18,622 nt of DNA, taken from NCBI GenBank assembly GCA_964549355.1, contig CAZJUS010000015.1, positions 1 to 18,622 of the forward strand. The letters are read 5' to 3'. Position 1 is the stretch's first letter, and each line of letters opens with the position of its first letter. The notes under the pieces are model-generated. The model did no database searches. It saw only the letters and a program-made list of their open reading frames with translations, and was not told the origin of the DNA. A program made the translations under genes and the position numbers. Origin of the DNA: Candidatus Undinarchaeota archaeon (lineage in GTDB: Archaea > SpSt-1190). Shown piece by piece: positions 1 through 8,362 of this stretch.

Positions 1-2
1 AC

Positions 3-311
3 GATGCCGTGCTGTTCGACACTGCAACGCAATTTGCTGATGAGCTGGCCAACCTCTCGAATGAAAATGGAATGGTCATCTACTCTATGTTTCCTTATAT
101 TTTCAAAACTGCGGAACGCTCTGCATGGGTCATGGACGATTTCATATACACTTCGGGGGACTATCTTGCAGTGGACCCCCGCTTTTTCATTAAAACTCAC
201 CAGTCCGATTGCATAATATCCAAGTTTTCAGAAGTGCACGGCATACCGCTTTATAATTTCAGTTGCACCCTCAACCCGAGCAGGTTCATAGGCTTTCATA
301 AACCCCCGTAA
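3..311 (+). CDS. C-terminal part of a hypothetical protein (5'-truncated by the window edge)
   Basis: Frame is open from the window start (DAVLFDTATQF...GFHKPP) to TAA at 309-311. It is followed by a TATA-like box and rpiB on the same strand. No recognisable motif. Confidence 0.6.
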   Translation, partial: DAVLFDTATQFADELANLSNENGMVIYSMFPYIFKTAERSAWVMDDFIYTSGDYLAVDPRFFIKTHQSDCIISKFSEVHGIPLYNFSCTLNPSRFIGFHKPP

Positions 312-341
312 GAATTTATATCAGGGCTGTTTGCATATTGC

Positions 342-809
342 ATGGGCAATTCAAAACTTTTTCTCGGTGCAGACCACGCAGGCTTCGAGTTGAAGGAAGC
401 GGTAAAGAAGATGCTTGAGCGTGAAAGACGTGAATTTGAAGACCTGGGCGCACACGATTTTGATGTGGATGACGACTACCCGGATTTTGCAAAGGCGGTC
501 TGCGAAAAAATTCAGAAGGAAGGCGGGAAGGGGATTCTGATCTGCGGAACGGGGCAGGGGATGGCCATCACCGCCAACAAGTTTCCGGGAATCAGGGCGT
601 CCGTCTGCTGGAACGAAAAGACAATTGAGGTTGCTGCGGAGCACAACAAAGCAAATATAATTTGTCTGGGCGGGAAAATCCTGTCCAAATCGGAAGGAAT
701 GAAATTGGTAAAACTTTGGATAAAAAGTGAATTCACAAATGAACCCCGCCACATCCGGCGCATCAAAAAAATCGAAGCAATTGAAAAAGAAAATCTGCAT
801 CTTCAGTAA
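342..809 (+). CDS. rpiB: Ribose-5-phosphate isomerase B (RpiB/LacA/LacB family)
   Basis: Motifs GADHAGFELK, DYPDFA, GILICGTGQGMAITANKFPGIRA, AAEHNKAN and RHIRRIKKI. TATA-like aatttatat about 25 nt upstream. Confidence 0.95.
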   Translation: MGNSKLFLGADHAGFELKEAVKKMLERERREFEDLGAHDFDVDDDYPDFAKAVCEKIQKEGGKGILICGTGQGMAITANKFPGIRASVCWNEKTIEVAAEHNKANIICLGGKILSKSEGMKLVKLWIKSEFTNEPRHIRRIKKIEAIEKENLHLQ

Positions 810-1936
810 GGGTCCCAGTTTTTCACTTTTTTGTGCTCTGGCATTCTTCCCCGCGGGTATTTGCTGAAAACTTTTCCCCATTCACTCTTCATGAAATTCT
901 TGATATGTGTTTTCCCCACAGTGGGATACCACAGGTAATCATGGTAGGCTCCTGAAGCAAAGATGAAAAGCTTGAAAATTGGAGAGTGGAAAAGCAGTTT
1001 ATGGAGCCATTGAATGCCTGCAGTCCCTTTCCGTATTTTCTGGTCCCAATTGATTACGATGCTTTTTTTGGTCCTGAAGTCCAAATCCATTTTTAGGACT
1101 GCTTCTGCATCATCCCCCAGGATTTCGAGCTGGTCCACATCCCCAATGCCGAGCCCTCGGTCATGGGCCATCCTGATATAATCTATTTTCATCGGGTCGA
1201 AGCCCATAATCTTTGCAGACACTGCATCAATGGCTACTTGGTCCGGGCTTGCCAGGATGAGGCCGGCTTCACGGGGGATCATGGTCCTCGGTCCCGCCCC
1301 GTCGCCCGCCACAGTCCCGTCCATCACAGCGAAGACACCTTTGTGGATTTCCTTTTGTATCGCCAGCAGGTCCACCAGGACTTCATGGATTTTCTGATGG
1401 GCGTGGTGCCTGTACTTTGGAATCAACCCGCCGAATGCATTTTTCATGGCGCCCGTTGTTGTGGTGTGTCCATGGGTTTTCATAGTCGGCAGGTGGATGA
1501 CATTGGAGCCCATGAACATCTTTGGCACAAGAATCTCCGGGAACAAATCAGTCAGGGCCAGCATCTCCGCCTTCGGTTCATAGTGGATCCACTCAACATC
1601 AGTCAGCGGTTCGAACGGAATGCCGTATTTTTTCAGGACCGGCAGCCACTTGTTTTCATAAGCCCCCTCCCAGGGCTTGGTAACCACCGTCTGGTTCTCA
1701 ACAGGGTGGATTTTCGACTTTTCGTATCTGTCTGCAGCCAAAGCATGCAGGACGCCGTCAAGCTGCCACGGGGGAGTTGAGCAGGCGGGAAAGAATTTAG
1801 TCCACGAGAGGTTGATTTTGATGATTGTGCTGGCAGTTTTTTTGACTGTTTTTTTGTAGCCGGCCAGTTTCATGACTTTATGATAATCCTCGACCACCGT
1901 CTTTGGCGCGGTCCTGATTACCGCAACTTGGCTCAT
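803..1936 (-). CDS. DUF362 domain-containing protein
   Basis: IIKINLSW, HLPTMKTHGHTTTTGAMKNAFG, VMDGTVAGDGAGP and SPDQVAIDAVSAKIMGFDP...YIRMAHDRGLG match the DUF362 pattern. Its 3' end overlaps the rpiB 3' end convergently by 7 nt. Confidence 0.85.
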   Translation of the reverse strand: MSQVAVIRTAPKTVVEDYHKVMKLAGYKKTVKKTASTIIKINLSWTKFFPACSTPPWQLDGVLHALAADRYEKSKIHPVENQTVVTKPWEGAYENKWLPVLKKYGIPFEPLTDVEWIHYEPKAEMLALTDLFPEILVPKMFMGSNVIHLPTMKTHGHTTTTGAMKNAFGGLIPKYRHHAHQKIHEVLVDLLAIQKEIHKGVFAVMDGTVAGDGAGPRTMIPREAGLILASPDQVAIDAVSAKIMGFDPMKIDYIRMAHDRGLGIGDVDQLEILGDDAEAVLKMDLDFRTKKSIVINWDQKIRKGTAGIQWLHKLLFHSPIFKLFIFASGAYHDYLWYPTVGKTHIKNFMKSEWGKVFSKYPRGRMPEHKKVKNWDPY

Positions 1937-2006
1937 TCAATAAATTGTCTTCCAGCTTAAAGTTTTTGTGCACACCCTTTTTTAAATCGCCCTGCCTACC
2001 AACTGC

Positions 2007-2615
2007 ATGGAAATCTCAGAAGCTGTAAAGAAGCCCTTTTCCGACTGGAGCAAATTTGCAATTGGTTCCCTTCTCGGGTTGATTCCTGTTGTCAATTTTG
2101 CCGTCAACGGATTTGGGCTCCAAAACGTCAAGGAAAGCAAGAAACTTCCGGAGTTCTCATTCAATTCCTGGGTCCTCGGGCTGAAATGCGTTGGAGTCAG
2201 CGTTGTCTATGGACTGCTGACGCTCCTGATTCTTCTGCCTTTTATATCCGGGCCGATAATATATATTGCGGGCCAGATCGCTTCGGGCAATATGCCTACT
2301 GCAAGTACTTTCATATCCGTTGCAGGCAGTGCTGTTTTTGCTTTGCTGGTAACGATAGCTACAATTCCCGCCCAGTTCGGCGCAAGGCTCAAGCTGGCCC
2401 GGACTGAAAACTTCGTAGACGCCCTCAATATACCGGAGGTCATCAAATACTCCTATAGGTGGAGCTTCATCAAGCATGTCCTCCTGGCAATGCTGATCGA
2501 CCTCCCGATAGCCGTAGTCTCGGGTTTTGTCCCGATTGTTGGAACGGCGGTCGGCATGTATGTGATGGCGGTCTTTACGTGGACCTATGTGGGGGCCAAC
2601 GCACCGAAGAAATAG
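2007..2615 (+). CDS. DUF4013-like integral membrane protein
   Basis: N-terminal ISEAVKKPFSDW..FAIG.LL.LIPVVNF...GF...LPEF...W..GLK pattern typical of archaeal DUF4013. Several hydrophobic helices. ttttttaaa box upstream. Confidence 0.75.
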   Translation: MEISEAVKKPFSDWSKFAIGSLLGLIPVVNFAVNGFGLQNVKESKKLPEFSFNSWVLGLKCVGVSVVYGLLTLLILLPFISGPIIYIAGQIASGNMPTASTFISVAGSAVFALLVTIATIPAQFGARLKLARTENFVDALNIPEVIKYSYRWSFIKHVLLAMLIDLPIAVVSGFVPIVGTAVGMYVMAVFTWTYVGANAPKK

Positions 2616-2632
2616 GAGTCGCTGGCCAAATG

Positions 2633-2662
2633 TGCTGGCTTGAGCTTCGCAGCTCACCAGCA
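2633..2662. repeat. Palindromic repeat module A, copy downstream of tRNA-Ile (may also terminate the convergent DUF4013/tRNA transcripts)
   Basis: tgctggcttgagcttcgcagctcaccagca forms a hairpin. Near-copy at 2921-2948; related to the 21-mer at 14471-14537. Confidence 0.7.
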
Positions 2663-2677
2663 AATTTGTTTTTTGTT

Positions 2678-2750
2678 TGGGCCCGCAGAGATTCGAACTC
2701 TGGACCTTCGGCTTATCAGACCGACGCTCTACCGACTGAGCTACGAGCCC
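2678..2750 (-). tRNA. tRNA-Ile: tRNA-Ile (GAT)
   Basis: The reverse complement GGGCTCG TAGCTCAGTCGGTAGAGCG TCGGT CTGATAA GCCGA AGGTC CAGAG TTCGAAT CTCTG CGGGCCC A folds as a cloverleaf. Anticodon GAT; no encoded CCA. Confidence 0.97.
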
Positions 2751-2948
2751 CAACTTTGCGAAGTTGGATCACGGTGCCTGCTTCGCCTGCTTCGCGGCTC
2801 AGCAGGCAGATTAGTTTTGATCAACCTTTTCTTAAAAGGTTGACCGACTGAGCTACGAGCCCGAACTTTCACGAAGCGACTCTCCGAGTCGATCACGGTG
2901 CCTGCCTCCGGCAGGCCGAACTGGTTTGCGCTTCACAGCTCACCAGCA
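2751..2948. repeat. Hairpin-rich composite repeat upstream of tRNA-Ile (modules B, C, A and a duplicated tRNA 5' end)
   Basis: Hairpins caactttgcgaagttg (2751-2766), tcaaccttttcttaaaaggttga (2821-2843), cgactctccgagtcg (2877-2891) and gcctgcctccggcaggc (2900-2916). gatcacggtgcctgc occurs twice (2767-2781 and 2891-2905). Confidence 0.8.
2843..2862 (-). pseudogene. Duplicated 5' 20 nt of tRNA-Ile
   Basis: accgactgagctacgagccc at 2843-2862 is identical to 2731-2750 (tRNA nt 1-20), 112 bp apart and in the same orientation. Confidence 0.85.
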
Positions 2949-2983
2949 CGCTTATTTTTGGTCTTTGTGTTTAAAATACCTTT

Positions 2984-3751
2984 CTAATGCCGTAGCTTCC
3001 GGTTCAAGACCGGGGTGACGATATGGCCGCCCTCAAGGCTGCCGAACACCCGGCATTTCTTTTCGCCCCAGTACCAATAGTAGAAGCCGACATAGGCGCA
3101 GACTATGGCGTCCATTAAGTCCTCCCTTCTCTTGAAGGCGTAGCCCTTCAAACCGCGCGACTTCTCAAAGATGCCGATTGGGATAAAAAGCCTGGGCACT
3201 TCCCTTTCAAGACCGAGCAGGAGCTGTTGCAGTCTGTCCATCGCATGCCACCGGACTTCATAGGACCTGTCTTTGCGGGCTTTGTATTTCAAGACTTTCG
3301 GCAGCCTGAACAAAGAGACCATAGCAGGGTGAGGATAAACCTCAAGCACCTGGCGGGTTTCGGCTTTTCTTTTCAAATAGGGCGTGAACTCAATGCCTTT
3401 CTTTTCAAGGAGCTTCACAATTTTCTCTCCGCGGAGCCCGCCGTATTTTTTCAGGACAGTCCGGTTGGCAGGGTACGGGCCGGCGTCGTATTTCTGGAAT
3501 GCCTGTTTTATGTGCTTGTCGCAGACGCGCATGCCTGTCTTGTTCGAGACACGGAGCGGTGCATCAATGGCGACCAGACACGGCCGGCCATCGACTGAGT
3601 CCATTATCCTTTCCACAATCGCCTTGTCCGATTTCAGGCCGACATGCCATTCGTCCAGACGGCCGGTGTTGCCTCTTTGCTGGGCTTCAATTACTGCAAA
3701 TCCGGAATCGTTTTTGTTGGACCATGCCAAATCGACGCCCACAAATTTCAC
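2984..3751 (-). CDS. DUF429 family protein (predicted RNase H-fold nuclease)
   Basis: FVGVDLAW, LVAIDAPL, GMRVCD, VLEVYPHPA, LKYK and EDLMDAIVCAY are DUF429 hallmarks. GTG start. Confidence 0.88.
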   Translation of the reverse strand: MKFVGVDLAWSNKNDSGFAVIEAQQRGNTGRLDEWHVGLKSDKAIVERIMDSVDGRPCLVAIDAPLRVSNKTGMRVCDKHIKQAFQKYDAGPYPANRTVLKKYGGLRGEKIVKLLEKKGIEFTPYLKRKAETRQVLEVYPHPAMVSLFRLPKVLKYKARKDRSYEVRWHAMDRLQQLLLGLEREVPRLFIPIGIFEKSRGLKGYAFKRREDLMDAIVCAYVGFYYWYWGEKKCRVFGSLEGGHIVTPVLNRKLRH

Positions 3752-3753
3752 AG

Positions 3754-3825
3754 AGTCGGGAGAGGGATTTGCACCCCCGTAAAGCAGATCTGCAGTCTAC
3801 CGCCTAGCTACTCGGCCATCCCGAC
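3754..3825 (-). tRNA. tRNA-Cys: tRNA-Cys (GCA)
   Basis: Reverse complement is GTCGGGA TGGCCGAGTAGCTAGGCG GTAGA CTGCAGA TCTGC TTTAC GGGGG TGCAAAT CCCTC TCCCGAC T. Anticodon GCA and U73 discriminator (Cys identity). TATA-like ttttattaag about 25 nt upstream. Confidence 0.95.
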
Positions 3826-3865
3826 GCTCTAATAAGAGGGCCCCGGCTTAATAAAATTTTTTTGC

Positions 3866-4411
3866 CTACCGCAGGCCGACGCCTTCCGTCTTCCTGCGGC
3901 CAAGACTGCTGGGCAGGGTGTATATCCGGGGCTTGCCGTCTGCCAGCCTTTCCAGTTCGTGCAGATATAGCACCACTGTCGTATGGAGCGCTCCGTACCT
4001 GCCTTCCAATTCGCGCCTCATACTCCCGCTTAGACTGCTGTCGCACAGGCATCCCCGGGCTTTTTTGAGGGGCCCCTCCACTGCGCCTTTCAGGCTTTCA
4101 TATTTCAGATGATGCGGGCTTCCGCTTTGCTCCACTTTCGCGACCAGGTCCCTGGCAAGCTTCAGCTGGTAAATCCCCTTCAGGTACAGCTCAAGGGCCT
4201 CAAAATAGGTTTCAACAGCATCGTCCCTGAAATCCCGGACCTCCGCCCTCAGGCGGGCCAGGCCCCTGCCGAGTATGCTTTGCATGTCTTTTATGCCGTC
4301 CCATTTCTCGTAGCTTTCATTGGCCTTTGAATAAAGCCTGCGGATATCCAAAAGCAACAGCTCCCTCTTGGAGATGGGCCCGCCGGGGCGCAGCTCTTCC
4401 TTTCCATGCAC
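3866..4411 (-). CDS. Hypothetical protein, probably all-helical, 181 aa
   Basis: Long ORF with protein-like amphipathic composition, co-oriented with its neighbours. GTG start uncertain; no known motif. Confidence 0.6.
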   Translation of the reverse strand: MHGKEELRPGGPISKRELLLLDIRRLYSKANESYEKWDGIKDMQSILGRGLARLRAEVRDFRDDAVETYFEALELYLKGIYQLKLARDLVAKVEQSGSPHHLKYESLKGAVEGPLKKARGCLCDSSLSGSMRRELEGRYGALHTTVVLYLHELERLADGKPRIYTLPSSLGRRKTEGVGLR

Positions 4412-4432
4412 AACACTGCAAGGCGCAGTTGC

Positions 4433-4891
4433 TTAAATTTGTTTTTTAATGGGTTTTGGGCTGATGGTCTGCTGGTAACCTGCTTCTTCCATCATCCGCT
4501 CTGTTTCCTGCCACCAATCCTCGAGATAATCCCTTTTTTCGGACGGCATCCCAAAAGTCAGATATTTGGTTATTTTGTTTATGCATGCATTGACTTGCTT
4601 GGCCTGGTTTTCGTATTTTCCCGTTTCCAAAAGGCGGTCCAGCCTGTGGATGTTCTCAGCACATACCCGGTAATAGCAGACCGCATCCCATGCCGGCGAA
4701 AGCTCTCTATCAAAACCCACCTTCTGGTCCACCCAATCCATCCAGATGTCCAGCTCTTCCAGGCCTTTCAAATCCAATTCTAAGCTCCCCTGCTTGAAAA
4801 CCGCATCAACCTCTTCATAAGTGGTCTTGATATATTCCGGGAGGCGGGAGCGGATGTATTCCTCTGCCGAAACAATTTTTGGAAGCTCCAT
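4433..4891 (-). CDS. Hypothetical protein, 152 aa
   Basis: ATG start with a ttttaaa box about 22-27 nt upstream. Protein-like composition; no known motif. Confidence 0.7.
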   Translation of the reverse strand: MELPKIVSAEEYIRSRLPEYIKTTYEEVDAVFKQGSLELDLKGLEELDIWMDWVDQKVGFDRELSPAWDAVCYYRVCAENIHRLDRLLETGKYENQAKQVNACINKITKYLTFGMPSEKRDYLEDWWQETERMMEEAGYQQTISPKPIKKQI

Positions 4892-4972
4892 TTTTTAGAT
4901 AAAAGTCTGAATTTAAAACTTTTTCAGGATCAATCCGTTAAGCTTTTTAATAGGATAGGGAATAGTTGGCAC

Positions 4973-6979
4973 ATGGACTTGCTTCTGATGGTGATGCTCC
5001 TCGGCTTTGCCGGGCTGGCCTATGTGGCTTGGCTCGTCAAAAGCCTCCTGGGCAAGCCGAAGGGCCCGGCCAAGATGCAGGAGATTGCACTGGACATCAG
5101 GCAGGGCGCCGATGCCTTCCTTTACCGCGAGCTGAAGACCATCGGGCTTTTTACAGTCCTGCTCACCGCGCTGATTTATTTTCTGATCGGCTGGCAGACC
5201 GCAGTCAGCTTTGCGATTGGGGCTGTTTTGTCGGCTACAGCTGCTTTCGTCGGCATGAAAGTATCGACTCTGGCCAATGTCCGCGTGTCTGCAGCCGCCA
5301 TGGACGGGAAAGGCAACGACCCGGGCGTCATTGCCTACAGAGGGGGTGCAGTCACCGGGCTGTGCATCGTTTCCATGGCCCTGATAGGCATCTCGGGGCT
5401 TTATCTTTGGTTCAGGGACCCTCTGCCTTTGGCAGGCTTCGGCTTCGGCGCCAGTCTGAGCGCCCTCTTCCTGCAGCTGGGCGGGGGCATCTTCACCAAG
5501 GCTGCCGATGTGGGCGCCGACTTGGCAGGCAAAGTCGAGAAGAATCTGCCTGAGGACGACCCGCGCAACCCTGCAGTAATTGCCGACCTGGTCGGCGACA
5601 ATGTGGGCGACTGTGCAGGCAGGGGGACGGACCTCTTCGAAAGCTTCAGCGACAATATCATTGCGACCATGATACTGGGCCTGAGCTTCGGACTGCTGAT
5701 CGGCCCGAAAGCAGTCTTCTTCCCCATCCTGGTGCAGGCTGTCGGCCTGATTTCAACCATGGTGGCTGTGCTGTTCCTGAAAAAAACCAAACACGTGCTG
5801 AATATGATTTATGCGAGCTTCGGGGTGACCGTTGCAGTCACTCTGGCCGGCCTCTATTACCTGGCCGTGTCATATATGGGCAACGTCCAGCTTTTCTATG
5901 CGGGGGCCATAGGCCTCCTGACTGCAGTCGCAGTTGCCGGCATGGTGCTGTATTACACTGACGTCCGCTTTGAGCCCACGCGGACTGTGGCGGAGTCCAG
6001 CTTCAAGGGGACCGGTGTGCTTTTGATACAGGGCATGGCCTACGGCTTTGAGTCTGCAGTGGGCCCCATGGTCCTGATCGGCGGTGTAATCCTGGGGGTG
6101 TATGCCATGTTTGGTGCGGGCATGATGGGGCTCTACGGCATTGCATCCGCTGCACTGGGCATACTCTCAATGACAGGCATCATCATGGCTGCGGACACCT
6201 TCGGGCCGATTGCCGACAATGCAGACGGCATCGGCGATTTGAGCGGCCACGGCAGGCAGGTCAGCAAAGTGACCAATGCTTTGGATGTTGCAGGCAACAC
6301 CACCAAAGCGACCACCAAAGGATACGCGATGGCCTGTGCGCTGATGACCAGCATAATAATGCTTTTTGCCTACCTGCATGAAATTGCTGTCCATGAAGGT
6401 GTGGGTTTGATGTCCGTTGCCGTTAATTTGACCAATCCTGTGAATGTGGTTGCCATCTTTTTTGGTGCGACCCTGCCTTTCCTGTTTTCGGCTCTGGCCA
6501 TAAAGGCAGTCGGCCATACCGCCGACAAGATGGTGGCAGAGGTGCGCAGGCAGTGGAAGGCGGACAAAGGCATACTGAAAGGCAAGAGCAAGCCCGACTA
6601 TGTGAGGTGCATTGACATTTCGACTGCAGAGTCGATGAAAGCCATGATAGCGCCGGCGGCGGTTTCAGTCCTGACCCCTCTCGGTGTTGGGCTTCTTCTT
6701 GGAGCTAAAGCTCTGGCAGCCTATCTTATTGCTGTGAACACGGTGACCCCTCTGCTGGCGCTCTTCATGTACAACAACGGCGGTTCGTGGGACAACGCCA
6801 AGAAGTTCGTCGGCGAGACCATGAAGAAAAACGGCAAAGAGGGGCCCGCAGCTTACAAGGCGGCGGTCGTAGGGGATACACTGGGGGACCCCTTGAAGGA
6901 TACTGCAGGGCCGAGCCTGCACATCATGGTGAAGCTGCAGAATATAGTGGCGATAACCTTGTTGCCGTTGTTCCTGTGA
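4973..6979 (+). CDS. hppA: Membrane-bound ion-translocating pyrophosphatase, K+-independent (H+-PPase) type
   Basis: GGGIFTKAADVGADLAGKVE, EDDPRNPAVIADLVGDNVGD, GPIADNA, GNTTKA (Lys at the K+-dependence site), WDNAKK and GDTLGDPLKDTAGPS. Many transmembrane segments. Confidence 0.96.
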   Translation: MDLLLMVMLLGFAGLAYVAWLVKSLLGKPKGPAKMQEIALDIRQGADAFLYRELKTIGLFTVLLTALIYFLIGWQTAVSFAIGAVLSATAAFVGMKVSTLANVRVSAAAMDGKGNDPGVIAYRGGAVTGLCIVSMALIGISGLYLWFRDPLPLAGFGFGASLSALFLQLGGGIFTKAADVGADLAGKVEKNLPEDDPRNPAVIADLVGDNVGDCAGRGTDLFESFSDNIIATMILGLSFGLLIGPKAVFFPILVQAVGLISTMVAVLFLKKTKHVLNMIYASFGVTVAVTLAGLYYLAVSYMGNVQLFYAGAIGLLTAVAVAGMVLYYTDVRFEPTRTVAESSFKGTGVLLIQGMAYGFESAVGPMVLIGGVILGVYAMFGAGMMGLYGIASAALGILSMTGIIMAADTFGPIADNADGIGDLSGHGRQVSKVTNALDVAGNTTKATTKGYAMACALMTSIIMLFAYLHEIAVHEGVGLMSVAVNLTNPVNVVAIFFGATLPFLFSALAIKAVGHTADKMVAEVRRQWKADKGILKGKSKPDYVRCIDISTAESMKAMIAPAAVSVLTPLGVGLLLGAKALAAYLIAVNTVTPLLALFMYNNGGSWDNAKKFVGETMKKNGKEGPAAYKAAVVGDTLGDPLKDTAGPSLHIMVKLQNIVAITLLPLFL

Positions 6980-6995
6980 ATTGGAGGGGAACTAA

Positions 6996-7763
6996 CTATC
7001 TATTAAGCAGCGTTACTTCACGTAAGTAATATTTCTTCAAGTTGAGGGGCTTCAGAATTTCTATCTCCAGAGGTTTGGACCCGTAAGAAAGTTCCCCGCC
7101 CGGGACCCCGATCACATAGTGGCTCCCATCGGTCGCCTTGTAAACCGGCAGAGTGCGCTCTTCATAGCTGATGAGCGCCTCATGATTGCAGTCCCCCAGC
7201 ATTGTTCTGTTGTTAATAGTGACATCATTGAGCAAGCCAACCCCGGAGAGCTCCTCCTCAGTCCGGACCACACGCGTTTCAATTTTGCTGCTGAACGCAT
7301 TCATCAGCCTATACTTCTCTGTTTCAGGGATGCGGGTTGCGACAATTGCATGTTTGGGGCCGTCAAAATCAATGTCTTCGGCGCAAGTGGCCCCGATATA
7401 TGTTTTGACATACTCTGCTTCTATACCCAGGGACCCAAGGAGATATTTAGCCAGCTGAACGCCATGCCTGCAAACCCCCTTCAGTGTCGGTGCTCCTGCG
7501 TCCTTGTCCATTAGAAAGTTGATCATGTCTTCCTCATCATGGACGCCCATTTTGATGGTCAGCTCAAAATCATAGGTGAAAGTTTCCCGGACTATCTCCG
7601 AGACGGTCTCCAAAATATCATCCACCTTGACCTTCTTCCCGTTTTTTTCAACCAAGGACCTGTAGAGTTCCCGCCCTTTTAAGGAGAGCAAATCAGGTAT
7701 GGGGACGTCGTAGACCTGCCCCACGGTTTGTTTTTTCGGTTCTCGGAGGGTTTGGAATGCCAC
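6996..7763 (-). CDS. Transglutaminase-like (Cys-protease fold) domain protein
   Basis: KGVCRH...LL.SLGIEAEYV...KHAIV matches the transglutaminase-core Cys and His motifs. The third triad position appears to be Asn (YRLMN). GTG start. Confidence 0.65.
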   Translation of the reverse strand: MAFQTLREPKKQTVGQVYDVPIPDLLSLKGRELYRSLVEKNGKKVKVDDILETVSEIVRETFTYDFELTIKMGVHDEEDMINFLMDKDAGAPTLKGVCRHGVQLAKYLLGSLGIEAEYVKTYIGATCAEDIDFDGPKHAIVATRIPETEKYRLMNAFSSKIETRVVRTEEELSGVGLLNDVTINNRTMLGDCNHEALISYEERTLPVYKATDGSHYVIGVPGGELSYGSKPLEIEILKPLNLKKYYLREVTLLNR

Positions 7764-7894
7764 GGGAAATAGGGGCGTTTGGTATTTATTAGTTTTACTA
7801 CTCTAATGTGGGTATTATTCCACATGCCTGCCACATCGGGGCCCGTCCGGTGGACTGTTCCCCAGCCTTATAAACTGCCGGGGGTCCTGAAACT

Positions 7895-8362
7895 ATGGGG
7901 GATTCGGACTTGGACGTGGTTTCATTGATTGAAAAGCTTAACAGGGCTTTGGCGGACGAGTGGCTGGCATACTACCAATATTGGATGGGCGCCAAACTGG
8001 CAACCGGCGCCATGAAGGAGAAAGTGGTGGAGGAACTTGAAGAGCATGCCGGCGATGAACTGAGGCATGCTGGCATGGTGGCGGACAGGATAATCCAGCT
8101 GGGCGGTACGCCCATCCTGGACCCGAAGGCATGGCATACGGCGGCTAATTGCGGTTATGAGGTGCCGGAAGACCCGTCGACCGCAAAACTGCTGGAGCAG
8201 AATATAAAAGGCGAGCGGTGCGCCATCCGGGTGTACAAGGCCATTATGGAAATGACTCAAAACAAAGACCGGACGACCTTCAGCATGGCCGAAGAAATAA
8301 TGCAGGATGAAATTGAACATGAAGAGGACCTCAAAAAAATTCAGGCAGACATTGGGAATTAA
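7895..8362 (+). CDS. dps: DPS-like (DpsL, thioferritin) ferritin-superfamily protein
   Basis: LNRALADEWLAYYQYW, EHAGDELRHA, ADRIIQLGGTP and DEIEHEED di-iron ligands, plus the Cys pair (AANCGY, GERCAI) characteristic of DpsL. cttataaa box about 25 nt upstream. Confidence 0.88.
   Translation: MGDSDLDVVSLIEKLNRALADEWLAYYQYWMGAKLATGAMKEKVVEELEEHAGDELRHAGMVADRIIQLGGTPILDPKAWHTAANCGYEVPEDPSTAKLLEQNIKGERCAIRVYKAIMEMTQNKDRTTFSMAEEIMQDEIEHEEDLKKIQADIGN

Noticed and set aside
2157..2851. ORFs overlapping tRNA-Ile and the DUF4013 gene
   Set aside because: They are spurious frames through a tRNA and hairpin repeats.
2843..2862. Split-tRNA half (Nanoarchaeum/Caldivirga type)
   Set aside because: An intact identical tRNA-Ile lies 112 bp away. 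The fragment ends in the D-loop and is followed by a self-complementary hairpin, not a trans-pairing leader.
7806..7825. Iron-responsive operator or riboswitch upstream of dpsL (atgtgg...ccacat inverted repeat)
   Set aside because: It is only a 6-bp inverted repeat with no second copy or known consensus, which is insufficient support.
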